A stretch of DNA of 62,788 bases from assembly GCA_000934665.2 (NCBI GenBank), contig KZ537975.1:124001-186788 (forward strand), in the 5' to 3' direction. Positions 24,254 through 39,318 of the stretch are shown here, piece by piece; position 1 is the stretch's first letter; each line of letters opens with the position of its first letter. This stretch comes from Catajapyx aquilonaris (taxonomy: Eukaryota). The translations under genes and the position numbers were made by a program. Below the pieces are notes generated by a model that was not told where the DNA came from, made no database searches, and was given only the letters and a program-made list of their open reading frames with translations.

Positions 24254-27200
24254 TCATATATTAAACTGGCATTTAAGGCTGTAATTAAACTATTTAATAA
24301 AAACTAATTGGGAAGTGTCTCAAGGTTGAAGTGATTCACGACTAAAGATAACTTGTTTACTCAACGTGTTATTAGCATAAATCCATGATTCCGCGTATCA
24401 GCGACAATCTAAGGGCATCGTGACAACTTTGAAAACAAAATTAATGCAAACACGAATATATTAATTCCCTCGGCCATCACACGCGCCTGCGAAAACTCAT
24501 CAACCAGCATTACCTTGTCACATCCCCACATGTGCACTATCACATATTTTGACACAACAATCGTGACCCAAACCTTCCAATTTTACCCCCTTATTTTTTG
24601 ATGCTAATCGCTGCTGACACGACCTCTACGCCCAGATTGACAATTTTCCTCATTTTAATCAACCCTCCTGAATATTTCAATTCGCCTACGACCCGGGTGA
24701 TAAAAACGTCCTCGAGGGCATAACGGTAACCTTATGCCAATTGGGCATATCTCCGTGGGCGCCACTCGGGCCTATGGTCTTGTAGGCTCGAGAATCGTGA
24801 TCGACTTCCTTATCCCAGCCTGCTACAAAGCTTCCTGAGGGCAGCAAATCACGCTTGCTACCATATAGGTGTTAAGAACCATAGGTTACCACCCTTTACA
24901 TGACCTTCTTTTTATGGCATCCAGACACAGTGGCGTTACCATGCACCGTTTGTAGCCAGAAGAATTTGTTGCACACATGTGCAACCCAGACTGCCCAAAT
25001 TATGGTCGAGTAAAAATTTGCATTTTTTTGCCAGAAAAAAAACCGATTATGTGCAAACATGCAGGTATGGAGTGCTGCAGTTTGCTTCGTGCCGCTAATC
25101 TCTAGTCACGTTTTGCCCTCCAAGATCACGACGGCTGATGCGTGATTAAAGGCAAGGAAGTTATAACACCAAGCGGAGAGAACTTTTCAGCTGGGGCGTG
25201 AAGAAGTCTCGGGCTGCCCTTCCTAAAGATGATATGGTGTAACACTGCTGGCCAGAAATGAGAGGATTCCTATCTGCTAAAATTTTTTGTGTGTGTTCCA
25301 ACAGTTTTTCGCTATGTCGATGTAACAGATATCGTGCATGTTTGCTTCAGTTTTGCAGGGTTCAATTAAAATAAGGGCGATTGTTTCCAAGCGTGGATTC
25401 CAAACTTGCGCACGCAAACTTTTTTATAAGCATTAATAGGCTAGATGTGTACACTATTTAATTAAGGTATCAAGATTCAGGGTGCTGTGGATATTGCACC
25501 TGGCATAATCAGCGCGTAATAAACATTGCGCATTTTATGACATTTACGTGTATGTGCTATTTACTTTATTGCTCCTTAACTATGTCCTTATTTTCCAATA
25601 AGGCTGATCGACATATATCCGATCTACATGTATCAACTGAAGTCAAAAACAGCACTTATTGGGCTTTGTCCTTTTGGCAAGTGGCAAGACAAGTATCCTT
25701 GACACGGACTTGAACAAAACGGTCAAACATGAGGCTATTTGGGTCAGCCCTGATTATGAACTTATCGAAATTGCAGATAATCCCGTTCGTGACTTGTCCC
25801 GGAATATGAACAAACGGGCGCCGCTTCGACCTTATATGCTGCACACGTGAGACATGCACCGAGTTGTTTACTGTCGCCCTTTTTCTGTTTTGTCACCCCT
25901 ATACCCCCACCCCTTTCTCTGTTGCAAATGAGTCCAATGTGAACTTCTCTGGGTCAGACCTAATTGCCAGCACTGTCTTCCTCACTTACGTCACGAACCG
26001 GGTGTCCAGAAAAACGGACAGAGGGACACCATGTTTACGGTTATAATGGCCCAAAACGCTGCTACTAAAACAAAGTAATTTAAAAGAAAGTTGCCGGAAA
26101 GATCTGGGTGTATTTTATACATCGCTGATTCCGATGAGAGCTGGTTATTATTTTGTGAAAGTAGTAATGGATTTACATGGCAGCTTTCACCAACAAGACT
26201 ATTACATCCCTCTCATCAACCGGCGAAGGATCAGCTCCCCATCATGCCTTATTACTTTTTGCCCCATGTCAGTGGTACAGGTATATGCCTATAGAGCATC
26301 AGACTGGTCGTTTTAACGATTCGCATTTTCTATCCCTAATGGCAGAAGAATTACGATTGCCTTTCAGGTAGTAATTGCCCAAGGTACTCCGAGTGTCAAT
26401 TTTACGGCACGTCCTTTACATAAGCGCTCATCAAAATGCCGTTCTTTGTCTTCTGGCACTGTAAAAATTATGTAACCGCGCTAACAATGCTGCGCGCGGT
26501 CATATTTTCCAACATGATTAGTACCAATGGAGAGAGACATAATATGTAGATAATAATCACTTTTGAGCGAATTTGCATTCCAGAAGTGATGCTCTTTCCT
26601 GGATTGTATTCATTTCCGCACGTACGTAACCTGGGTAATAAAATCCTGCCCACAACTTATTTGCAAGTACCTGGCCGCAAACCGTTGGCTATGATCCAGA
26701 CCCATTGCGCAATTTTAGTCTCTATAAATCTATCGGTCCCCATCCCTCCGGGCACAGATGACAAACTCGTGCGTAATTGAGGATAGTCCCAGCAAACGGT
26801 CACAAAACGAACATTCGTGCAAAAAATTACTCATTAGAAAAAATTTTTTGTTAATTTATTTTTTAAAGGGGAGAAGAGTTTGTGACCTTTTTAAATCTCA
26901 TGCGATATCGTCTGCTTCTCCTCACCATCAGGGTTATGTCGAAATCACCATCTTGGCCTAATAGCAGCCTCCTCTTTTTGCTGTCAGAAGCGAAACCGTG
27001 CAGCATCTTTCCAACGGTCCGGTTCATCCTTTTTTTTTTCTTCTTTCGTAATCTTCTGCGGGTTGATCCGGGCGTGCGGGTGGATGTTGCCCATCCGTGT
27101 CAGAGGTCAACCCGGCTGCCAGGGGCAGCACGCGCCGCTCGAACGGCAGACACGAAGAGCGGTACCCTGCCCCCTGATTCCTTCCCTTTTAACCCTTACC

Positions 27201-30200
27201 CAGCATCCTTTTCCTATAACACCGGCACCTGCCACGTCTCCTGGGCAGTTAAACCGAACACAAACGTCACTTTGTTTCTTACGCTCATTTTTTTTGGCCA
27301 GGTCTTCACCGTATTTTAGGACGTAACCCCCGTGTGAGCGTGGCTTGTTTATCTGACAGTTTTCCCCTTGTAAAGTGAAGGGAAGGGAAAAATCTTATCG
27401 AGGAGAGTGAATCTTACATTATCGCTGCCCTCTTACTGTACTCAACCCTACATGATGCCATTATCTGGTTGGTAATGCCCATGGAGTTGCATATGCGTAA
27501 TGTGTGGTATTTTGTCAAGCTGGATTCAGAAGTACAGTTAAGCTGATATATCACATCTGATTTATCTAATGGACAGAACCCCAAAAAAATATTATCCGCA
27601 TTTAATAGCCATCATTATATAACAATATATGAACGTGATAAAGAATAAGTAATTAAATTTAATCTGCGTGTATACGCTAACCTGTGGTATCGTAACTTCC
27701 AGTGACTTTAAGTTACGGTTTTTTAACGCCTAAAAGATGTCTAACAAAAGAAAGGGGGCTTTAACCCAAACACACCATATAAAAGTAGATGGTCACAAAA
27801 AATAAGGCTTGACGTGGGGTATTTTGACAAACTAACGCACCATTTTGGCCGTAAAGTAACATTCGTCCTACGGCGTGTCATGTTATAACTTAGGCCCACT
27901 GGGCCTGACGAGGATAATACCCGTATTCACTGCCTGTCTACTCAACTGTCGGATTTACTTCATTGTGTGTCAAATTCAACATGCTTTTTCTTTTGTACGC
28001 GTCCCTCCTTCAAAAAAAATAATTCTAAGGATTGCCAAGAAGTGAATGAAGAAACAGATTAGTGAAAGTTCCATCTTACCCTTCAATACAAGTTTCATAA
28101 CCTTTGCATTTTTCTTAACACGCGCTCATGTGTGTGTAGACTTCATCACAAACGTCCTTAGGGACACTCGCCTGATCCAAAGTAAATTCAGTAGGCCGAA
28201 AGGGGCGATCCAATCTGCGTGTATCACGACACACCACAGGCCATTTTTTTTCTTCCCATACCCTCTTTTACTCTGCTTTTTTCTGCACGCCATAACTGAT
28301 TTTGCACTTTAATTTGAAGCGGATTCCTTAATGATAGGCTCCGGATCGTCGGAATTTGCATATCTCCGTTTGTGGCCTTGGCGAGAAGAAAAGCGAGCTA
28401 GAGTGGGTCTGATGAGTGCAAAAAATATATATTTTGTTGCCAGGTATAGGAGTGTATAGTTGGGTGTACCTCGAGTCAAGATGTTGTGGAAAAGCACTGG
28501 AGTGAGACACGTGGCATGTGGAAGTGCTGGTATTACTTCCTCATTGAGTATGTCACGAATTGAGTCCAATTATGACTCAAATGTGCTTATTCATCAGTTA
28601 CGTAAAATGACGCTTTTGGTATCATTTCTCGGCCATACATTGTGCCTAAAGTGCCATCACACATCTAATATTTTACTGATAATAACAGGCTACCAGACAC
28701 GATCGTAATAATGGGTTATAATAGTTCATGTAATCACGATGAGATATATAAAATAGCGATTGATCGAAGAAGAATCTCCGAATCACTTTGCAGGCGCTAA
28801 TTATAAAGCGCGAGGTCAGCGATGAACAACGCCTTTTGTTGCCTAAACGTCAATGGACAAGATATAATTCCACTCGCTCACTTTAATAACATTGCGCCTG
28901 ACAGGTACCCTTCATGTTTTTATTGCATAATTCTTCATCAGTAGCCTACATCCTGTTTTTTTTCCTGGTTACCGCCCACGTCCAGAAAGCCTTTTGCAAA
29001 AGCCAACTGTAATTCATAAGTCAAGGAGCAAGGCCAAGCTTCACTCGTTTTCCAAAGTGAGAATTTATGGGCCTTTAGGAGTTGTTACTTTTTCGATTTC
29101 ACACGATGGACACTACTCCAAACGTACGCACGTCACAATGAAAAAAAAATCGGGTTCCAATGGCATTTCGTGACCCGAGATTTCATCTGGCGATTAGTGG
29201 ACAAGTTGAAATTGACTGCGTAAAAATTACGCCCGTGTCCGCCTGCTTTATTGGTAACTGGACGACTTGTGCAAGGGCAAACCGTACCTCTCTCCGGTGC
29301 CATACTACTGCCATTCATTAAAGACATTAACATTGCCACCCACCTACATGCTGTCCGCGTACATTCAACACATCTGGCCCATTCTCGGGAGAAAAAACAC
29401 CCATGGCCCCTCCGCTGGGCACTACAATTCAACCGGACAGAGCACCGAAAGAGAGACATCGGTCGACGCCTTCTCGTACCCAGAACCTTACCAGTTGAGA
29501 CACCTGCAGAAACAAATTCCCCTAGCGCCTGCTAATGAATACAAACGATCAGAATTAGCGGCCTTGTCATCGGAGACATGCAACGGTTTCGCGTGCTCTG
29601 CGTCCATTGCAAGGTACACTCCGAACCAGAAAACTATTCGAGGATGGTTGCGTTGTCCGCTTCAACAACAAACGGCATTCAATTTACTGCACCTCCTGTT
29701 GGGTGTGGGTCGAAGGCCCATACGTGCCCCGAAATTTGAAAAAAAACCGACTCATATTCAGGGCACAAGGTTGTACCTGCCAGATGTCAGCACATGACTA
29801 AAAGTAGCAGTGATTTCAGCCGAATCGCTCCGACTTTTGCCGGAAGTGGCCGATAACCTTGTTGCGTTAGTCTGGCCGTGGGGTCCTCCACCACGAAGTC
29901 CATCACTCTCAAGCCCTTGTCCGTAACCTCTTCCGCCCATCTCATCAACCTGGATGGACCCCATATTCTCGAGCGGAAGATCTTACCTTACCATCGCACA
30001 TCCTGCTCACCTAACAAGGAAGAGGAGTCGTGGGATGGACATGTGAGTCCGCGCCTTCTTCATCTCCATGGCCCTTGTTTACACTCATCTACATTCAAGC
30101 CACTCTCATCCCTTTATCACCTTCTCTCATTAACAGGGTTCGTGATTTACCTGGGACTTTTGGCTGCACCCTTATTGAGCTGGGGACATAAGCGCAAAGA

Positions 30201-33200
30201 CACGAGCCACGTGTCCCTGGGTGCTGATGGACCCCGAAAAAAGACACGCCAACGCCTGATTACACCCCGAAGGAGGCCAGATCCTCCCTTTGATGGATGG
30301 CCAAAAACGCCAAAGGAAGAAGAATGCTGCCAAGGCCAAATTCGCCCACCTTGCGAATCCAGCCTATTTTAGGTCCCTGAAAAATTTGCATACATTTCAA
30401 TCCTACATATCTGTTATCATCCGGGCCTCAATTAACTTCTGACGTCGCTGAATCGTGATGAGGCTGGCATGCTACACTTGATCCACTCAGATCTGCACAG
30501 TCACTTAGGGAATGAGGTCACAGCTATCAATACAACCGTGTGAAATTGGAAGGAAAAACTAGGCGCAACAAAAGGAGATTTCCTCAATGGTAGCCCGGTT
30601 GGCAAACTGTCTTGGAAGCCAATCCATCGCGATTTCGTGACTCCTCCTTCGGGCATGGCAAATGAAAAAGGAGTTTTTATCATCCGGACTCATCGTGTGC
30701 GCCTTCGATGACAAGGGGATGGCCGCATTGTCTGACCCCCCCTAGCACCAAGGGGATGGAGACGGATGGGTTATGGGGCCACATCACGCGATGCTGCCTT
30801 AGCACCTTTTGTAACGCTGGAAAATAGCCTTTTTCCATTTTCCAAAAAATTCGTGCTCGGAGTCATAAAGAGCCAATTTGAAATCGAATGTGACCAGCAT
30901 AAATCTTCAGCTAAATGTCTATTGTTTTCCTGAATACCGATATGCCACTGACCAAAGCAATATTTTATTGAACGTATAGTATCATGCATCCCGGCCATGC
31001 ATCACCTTTCCTCAAAAAAAAGAGTACGTACCTGTGTAGCCTTCGCGTTGTGCGAGTAATTAAGTATGGGTTAGTACTTTCTCCTCCTTCAAGGCATTAA
31101 TGCAGACCCCTTGCTCTCTGATGACAGGTGTTTCCCTGTGCTGACGTCATCCGAGCACTAAGCTTTAATTAAACCGTAATAGGGTAGCAGAATAATGAAA
31201 ATGCGATACCCCCCTCTGATGCCTATCGGGAAATGTTTCGCGCTAATCATGTCGCTATTACGCCACCACCTATTATTTTTGGCCGAAACGGTGTAAACTC
31301 ATTTTTACATAGAGTCCAAATAAATATCCTTCCGCCAAGGGGAAGGGATATGCACCGCGGTCAAAGTAGTCCCGCGGAATTTTATTTAACGGATGAGTAT
31401 AGCGCAATCAAAATTTTCCAACATACAATACTACTCTAATATAATTAGTCGAGGTTCGAAGTTAGCGTATATCTGGAGTGGAAAAAAAAGCGGCGGGTGA
31501 AGCGATCAATCTTGATTTGCCGCGTCCCTCACTTTCCTTCATTAGTTTTCCATTCATAGGGCCATTATATCTGGGCGGAGATGATAATATTATAACCGTG
31601 CCAGAGCCTGGACTCTTCCGGACCCAGATATACCGCAAGTATCCCCCGAGCTGTGCTTGTTTAATGAGGAAATGGCTACCGAGAATGATGGGGGCCAAAG
31701 CAATGCGTTGCGTGGCTTTCTAACATATCGGAGATGCACCCTGCGGAGTGGACCTTCTTGTGTGTCTTCTTCCTATTCATTTGGGCCCCTCTTTCTCTCG
31801 ACCCTCGTCTGCATGGCGAGAAAGAGACAGACTGACTCGGAAATAAATGAAGCCGCAGTATTTGCATAGAGAGGTTTGACATGCATTAATCAACCTGGCA
31901 TGCACATCGCAAGAGGACGCTCTACCCTATTTCAATGTGAGCGTCAAACTACGCTTCCATTTATTATCTTTTTGCAGACTGATCATTGTTGGCCAGATGG
32001 AGCGAAAAAAATGGATGAAAGAAAGAAAGAGTTATGCAAATCGCTGTATGTGGCCCTAAAGAAACTGCAATATTGAACTCATGGAAGGGCAGCTGCAAAA
32101 TATTACTACGTTACTTCTTAACGGTCAAAATGAGTAATTTCCTTCATACAAGTGTAGTACTTCCTCGACGTGTTCTATTCATTGATTTAAATATGATGCG
32201 TGTATCTCATACGTCCATCAGAAAACCTGTGGCAATTTCCTGCACTTTCCTGTACCATACAATCTTCAAACGCTGAAGTTGTCCAACTCTCTTTACAATG
32301 ATCAACATTAAACTTCAATGACCTCTCACAACCCCTCCCATGCCAACAAGTACCGTGTACAGCATTTAGAAGTGATCTGGACATGAAAGGTAAACACACC
32401 CATCGAAATCCTAACAGAATAAGAGCCCTGCGATCACACATGTACACTGGCTCTTCCCCCTTTGAATATGTGAAGGACCACCATAGAATTCGCACCCCAC
32501 ACCTCCACTGTAATTGAGGCAGCACTTGAACGAATCTTTCACCGCGAGATCCACCATTTGCATACCCCCCTCAACCAAAATTTGCATATGAATCTAAGAA
32601 AAGCCTTGCCAGTCATAATTGCAGCAAGCGTCCAAGCAAACCGCTCGAGTCCTTCAAGTGCTGCTAACAAGGTGCTAACAGAATTATGCAAGCTCTCTTT
32701 TTTTTCAGCTCCTGGGGTCCATAAGTCGAAAAACGAAAAACCTGAATGAATCGAGAGAGGGTCTCCTTCCCACTTCATCCCTCAATGCACTTCCTGATGA
32801 GCCCACAAATGCATCACTGTCATCTCGGTCCTTCTTTTCAATGGAACGATGGATGGAAAAATCTCCTCGCCATCTTTGTGCACCACCAGGAGCAGCAGCA
32901 GAGGGAAAAACACCGGTTCTTCTTCCTTTAGTGTGTGATCTTCCACTATCAAAAGAGATGTCTGGCAAGAACCGTTCCATCCATTACGGGCATATACCCT
33001 AACCATGTCGAATCGAATAGACCTCAACCACCGGACACGTCAGAACTATCGTTAATCTTCGTTTCTTTGTCAAGTTTGCTCTGAAATGTGCTCTGAAATT
33101 GCAACATACGCAGAGAAATGCTGATCAAATTCGGCCTCAGCACCCTCACCATCCTTTTTTTCTTAAAAAGTACGACCACGTGAGAATAAGAAATGCCAGC

Positions 33201-36200
33201 TTTAAAGCGTGAAGAATTGCCCCAAGGGGTCGTACATAAATTGTAAGACGCAGGATGGTTCTTTTGAAGCTCCTTGGCCCCGCTCATAAACACCACTGGC
33301 CGCAAAAACGGACCACCCACTAAAATCAGGATCCTCACTTGAATGTGGATTTTTGCACACATATACTCCAAGCAAAAATCCTGCAAAAAAGCAGGTTAGA
33401 TCGTGCTAAAAAATGTCGTAAGAGCGTCATCCGCACTTTTTTTTGCGCATTAGCCCAGAGGTCTTTCCCAGTATTATGTAAGTCATGGACACCTATGAGG
33501 AATGAGCCGGCCCGTTTCATTTATTATTTAGGGTGCACTACCTTGACAGCCCTGTCTAGTAGCTTTTAAACGTAATTCCTCCCCGGAACAAAGGATATTC
33601 CTCCCACGCCTCACAGTTTGCATTCACTGTTTACACGAAGTTTATACCTAATTAGCGAGGCCTTGACTGGCGGAGGCTCTCACGAAATAGTTATGCCCCT
33701 TTTTTTGAGGGCAAGTCACATAATTTTTATCCGATTTTTAGGAAGGAAATTGGGTTAAGAAAACTTGATTCGGTAATTAATCGTTTTGTATGGGTCAAGG
33801 AGCACCGGAGTTACTAAGAGTATTGAATTGCTGCGTAAATCAACGCAGGTTAGCGTTGGTCATTCTAAGGACATCTTTGCTACTATGACATTCTTGCATT
33901 AATAACCTATTTTTTTATGATTCATTAAATATATTGCATATGTTGCGGTTGGTTGTACTTTGTTGCCACCATGATGCAAGAAGTGAGTTGAATGAGCGAA
34001 TATAGGAGTATCCATGGCTCGTGGTGGGAGGGGAGAGTTCAACTTATCTATGTTCTGTCAGCTGCTGCACATGACCCAAATGAAAGGTCAGGCGGGGCCC
34101 AGGTCCACCCTGAAATACGAGCAGCCAGGCTCTATTTCAAGCTACTTTTTTTTCCTCTTCTGGCTGATGCTGGCTGTAGCTCACGAAAGGCCTCTCTCGA
34201 GAAAACAATGGTCCATCAGGCCAGAACTCTAAGTCACGCTCTGCCAATTATTAACGATTACGGTGATGAAGGAGAGAAACCTGGGGTAAGCATGGAGCAC
34301 ATGTGCTTGCAAGACATGGAGGACTACCGCGGTTTCCGACTTTGTCCGTGTCGCTTGCCCATCACCCTCTGGTTAATTACCACTTGCATCATCGCCCGGT
34401 TAATGGCTCCTCTCGGTAGATGCGAGCAAGTGCTGTAATTACCGCCGGCTTTTCAGCTTCTTCGTCCCAAATTACAAGCAGGATTTGGCTCGCGAATTAT
34501 ATGGGAAGATTTTCGCGAATTAAATTGAGACAAGCTGCTCGAAAAGCAATTTGCCAGTCAGGTGGAGGTCTTGCAAGGGTCGAGATTGACGCGATGTGAA
34601 AATCAGGTGAGACGCAAGGTATAGCAGGTGGAGTAAATAACCTCCTCGTGTACCCAGTATATGTGAACAGCCAAGTCCTATGATGAGATGATTGCGTTGT
34701 CGAGGTGTCCACTTGACTGACAACGTGCAAGTACACTTCAATGTGATTTGTTACTAAAATAATACCTTATATGTGCCAAATAGCAGGTCACGGTCTATAG
34801 CAGGATACAAAGAGTCATGGTAACTCTAACGGCGTTTGTTCTTTATGTCGAAGTGTACCAAGTGTTCACATTTTGAGGTTAAAGGCGTAATAAACCAAGG
34901 CAGTGCCCTATACAGAACAGGAGCCAGGTACAGGGGCACCTGTCCATCTGAACCGGACACGGGGGACAAACGACAAACATATCGTGATCGAAAGTCGTGA
35001 GATTTTTGCGCCAATTTAATGTGGAAAAATGCAAATTTCAGCGTGTAAAACTATGTCGTTTGATTAGAAAGGACACTTTTTGGCAGCTGACTTTCTATTC
35101 ACTTCAGGAATTATTTGAAATATATTTGCCGTACACGTTCATGCTGTCGGATCTTATAAATTCGCAAGAAATAATTATCTATTTTGTGGCCGCCTATTTG
35201 TACATGTCAAAATACGATATAATTATTTTAAATTCGCAAGCAAGTTTTAAAACTGTCGCACTTCAATGTGTTAACGGTTGATTTAATGTGAGTGTAATTA
35301 TTAATCGAGCAATTTTTAAATTAGCACACCTGATAATTTTGGAGTAGGCCGTTGAATGGCAGCCGAATTCTTTTCTTCGATCACCTGTGACAACAAAAAA
35401 CTGACAATTATTGCTTTTCAAAAGAATAATCATCATTTGGGGGTAAGAACACGAACAGATAGTGTATTGATAGATTCTCTCATTCACAGGAAGTTACCAT
35501 TTTCATTAATATGGCACACAAAGTAATACAGCATGACTGCAATTCTGCTGAAGAGTTAATCAGTTATTTCCACAGAGTGGACTATACTGATGCAGAATTA
35601 CTCCTGGATTAAAATATTGCAGCATTCCTTATTGCATACTTGGAGAAAAGCAGTTAAAACCAATGCCATTCAGTTCCCTCTTCATTTCCATTCAATGCAG
35701 TTTGATCTCTCCTTGGCACGTCAAAAGCTGGCTGCCTCATTACTGAACATTATTACAAAGAGCATGCGGTCGCGTCCAGTGACTGGCATGAAAGTCAGCG
35801 TGAAGGTAATGCAAAAGACCTGTAACTTATTATATGTTCCGGAGTACAATGGTCTTATGGTAAGCACGGCGACAATCCTTGATAACTAATGGTTTTGCAA
35901 GGTTGGCGGCTCTTTCCCCAACAATGCAGGCCACCAAGAAGAAGATAGCCAAAAGGAATCGTCAATGGCAATGCTGCGGAGGTGTAGACAAATTGACTCA
36001 AAACGAGGCCCGCGCAATGACAATGCGACATCTTATCTTTCATTACAAAGAGAAGTTGATCAACAGGCCTGCACCGCCTCTTCCGGTTATTCATGACTGG
36101 CGATATTATTGCATGCCTTCTCATGACCATTAATAATTAATATATTACTGGCAACTAAATTGCAAAAGGCTAATAAAAATATTACATATTAATGTAGCTA

Positions 36201-37687
36201 TAATCGTACGATAAATATAAAAAAGGGAATGTTCTGGATGTCCGCAGAAGTGGAGGGAAATTAAAGTACCGTATTAAATATTATTTAACACAATGATATC
36301 ACAACCTGGTTTGGTGCTCCACATAACTAAATACACAGCCCCATATATTTGTCAACGTCAACAGTAGGCAGGAGTAAATTACCCAAATTTTATCGGTTAT
36401 TAATATCGGAAAGTAGCCCTATGCATACTTACTTATTGATTAATGTCCCGTTTAATCGACTGATCAAGCAAAGCCTTTAGGGTAATGGAACTAAATAATT
36501 AGTAGGCCGGCAGCCATAAATTTAAACACCCAGTTTGCCCAACAATAAATATTATCCGGCTGATGGATAACTCGACCTAATTTCCCACAATTATTTTAGG
36601 TGCGCGGACCACCAAGTGGGCCAGACACATAAATCGAGCGGCTATATCACTGTGATATGCCCTTCCTTTGATTAGGTTTGAATTGCAGCGCATATCCATC
36701 CCAGTTTGTATGTAGACTAAGTTAGTCAAAGTCCGGCTTGGCGTGTCGGTCGCCAGGTAGCGACACATTCCCGCCAATTGGCTGAGCAAAAGGGGCCAGA
36801 ATAAGACGTGTGTGGGGTGCACAAGGCTATACCCGGGTTGTCACTCGGACCAATAGCATCCGAATGCTATGGCGGAAAGGCGGAGCTAGCTTATACCCTT
36901 ATGTAATGTTATATCGCCGCAAAAGTTATATCAGGGACCACCATAAATTAGCGGGATGAAAGGGGCGCAGTCACGATTTGCAAATTTTCCGCAGAGCTCG
37001 TCTGTCGTTGAGTCATGTGGCAAATGTATGGATCCTGTCGGGACCATTGTTTTCCTTTGCTTTGAATTGCTGATTAAGGCGTCATAGGGCAGCTTGGACG
37101 TCGACAAACGGTGGTGACGACTGACGAGTACGGGCTCTTGTATTCTCAAACCAGAAGTTCTTGCATGACAACTGGAAGAAGACGCACAGCAGGGTGCGGT
37201 AGTAAATAATATTTTCCTGCTTGTTACGTCATATTCGCCATATTGTAAGGAAAGGCAGTGATGCCCTCAGATGTCCTCTAATAGGAACGATTGATATTCC
37301 ATCGCATACCAGAGGATTAATGCGAGGAATGGCCACCTGCCGCTTGACCCGGCGCAAATATGTGAGTAGTGACCTCGGTGACTGGAGGATCGCAACTTAG
37401 TTCTTAGAAACCTGACACGACAGAACACACAATGTGAACGTGAAAGTGTGACAAGTAAAAGGAACGGAAGCGCCTAAATTCTTCGCAATGCTGAGATGAC
37501 CAAAAGAGCAGAAGTTCAAGGATCTATCCATTTCTAACAGACAAGACGGCTAGGTCTATCGGTGGTATCAGAAGGGTTGCAAGCCCTGCTGATGTTCCGC
37601 AGTGGCTTGCGTGCTGGCAGACCCGCCGCACTGTCATTAGGATAACGAGCTAAAAGCGCGCAATCCATCCCGCTAATGCAATGCGAA

Positions 37688-37715
37688 CCCCCCAATCTAC
37701 CCACCCACAACCCCC
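37688..37715 (-). other. G-quadruplex-forming motif (four G runs on the minus strand)
   Basis: Plus strand C6-aatcta-C3-a-C3-acaa-C5 fits the canonical G3+N1-7 x4 pattern on the minus strand. Confidence 0.6.
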
Positions 37716-38541
37716 ACCATTCACTCTATAGAGACTGATGCCACCTAAAGCACCTCTTCTTCTGATGGGACCAATCCACTTCCAGACTTGCCCTTTGATC
37801 TGCCTCCTTTCCTCACAATATATAGTTGGGTTGTACTCAAAATGTAGTCTGATATATTCACATCTAACTTATGTGTCACCTTGATCATTCCATTCATTTC
37901 CAGCCCGACAGATCTGGCTAAAAGTAATAAATTCAAAAACCGGCCACAAAAACTTGGAGCTCCTGTAATTTAATTTGCACCTGACCCTTAACCTATCCAA
38001 CAGCTACACTTGAATGGAATACAAAAAAAATACCGAGGGCATTCCAGTTCTTTCACTTTTTTTTCTTCTTTGGAAGGTGCACAGGACTAGTCACACATCC
38101 CTAGATAAAGGTTCCGAGATCTGTCACCGAGTTAGCAAGGTCTGGCCCGTTTGACTTACATCCGTTACATGGCCCCCGGAGGTATAGTGAAGGGAGCTGG
38201 AGGATACAAGTCATACACAGTGTGTGTGTATCAGCAGTGCAAAGCAAGCAGAAGGTCCATTGTGCAACGTACAAACGAGTGAAAGTTTCGGCCTTCTGAC
38301 GAACACCACACGATTCATTTTCTTTATATACTATAAAAAAATAAGGGGTACGTGCTTCTATTCAGCGACGGACAATTTCGGCGTGTTTCGCTCGATCGAT
38401 CAGCGATTTGATGCGTAGGTGATGACATATCGCCATATCGGGGGGAAACGAGCTGGTCTGGCTTTCCCTGTCACGACTAATGGTAATTTATTAGCGCCCA
38501 ATGTATCGTGATTATACCAATCAAATGATGTGAGATGACCA

Positions 38542-38565
38542 CCCCCCCCCCCCTCCCCCACCCCC
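38542..38565 (-). repeat. Poly-C tract (C12) with flanking C5 runs; strong G-quadruplex motif on the minus strand
   Basis: Plus strand C12-t-C5-a-C5. Confidence 0.9.
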
Positions 38566-39300
38566 ACACTACACATCGGGCCGCCTTTCACAGCTTAGAT
38601 TAATGGCCGCTAGGAGAAGAGTTTATTCCCTGATTGTCATAGCAATTATGTACTATTTCTTCCTTAGGTGTCAGCTATAGACTCGGGCTATGAAGCCGGA
38701 ATTGTTGCCCATTAATATTATGACTGATTTTTGTGGAGGACAAAATATTCGACATTGCGCCAGAGCCTCAGATATATTCGTTGATTCGTTGTATTTTTAT
38801 TTATTTCATTGATTATACTCAACTGGATATCAATCCACATTGGAATTAGTATGTTGCAAATATTTGGGGTGGGGTGAAAGTATTGGTGGGAGGAACATTG
38901 CCAAAATATTCATTTGTAACGTACATAAAAAGAACAATCTGGTATATCTTTTTAGTTGCTCCGAAGATAATTTTGCACAATAAGACAGCAGGAATAATTA
39001 ATGACCAAAAACTAATTTTCGACATTCACATAATGCTGATTAACTGAATGGGCGACAATAACAACACATGCGATCCTTTCAGGCCTTAATCCATAGCAAC
39101 CTTGTGGTGTCAGATTGTCACCAATAGTGCAGAAAAGACGCGGCTCCAGATGTCCTGACTGCTGGTCCACAAAAGAGGAAGGTTTGAATGTCAAGGCGAA
39201 CGTGTTGCACAAATGAAGGCACTAAATACATCAAGATAAGAACAGGGAAGGTGCGAACTGCCAAAGTTGCAAACATGAGGGAAGATCGGAAAGTTACTGC

Positions 39301-39318
39301 CATGGCCATATGGCCATG
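39301..39318. repeat. Perfect 18-bp palindrome
   Basis: CATGGCCATATGGCCATG equals its own reverse complement. Confidence 0.9.

Noticed and set aside
28490..28569. RDILNEEVIPAL resembling a Tc1/mariner transposase segment
   Set aside because: No QDNA/HDNA motif at the expected position, no upstream WG motif and no terminal inverted repeats seen.
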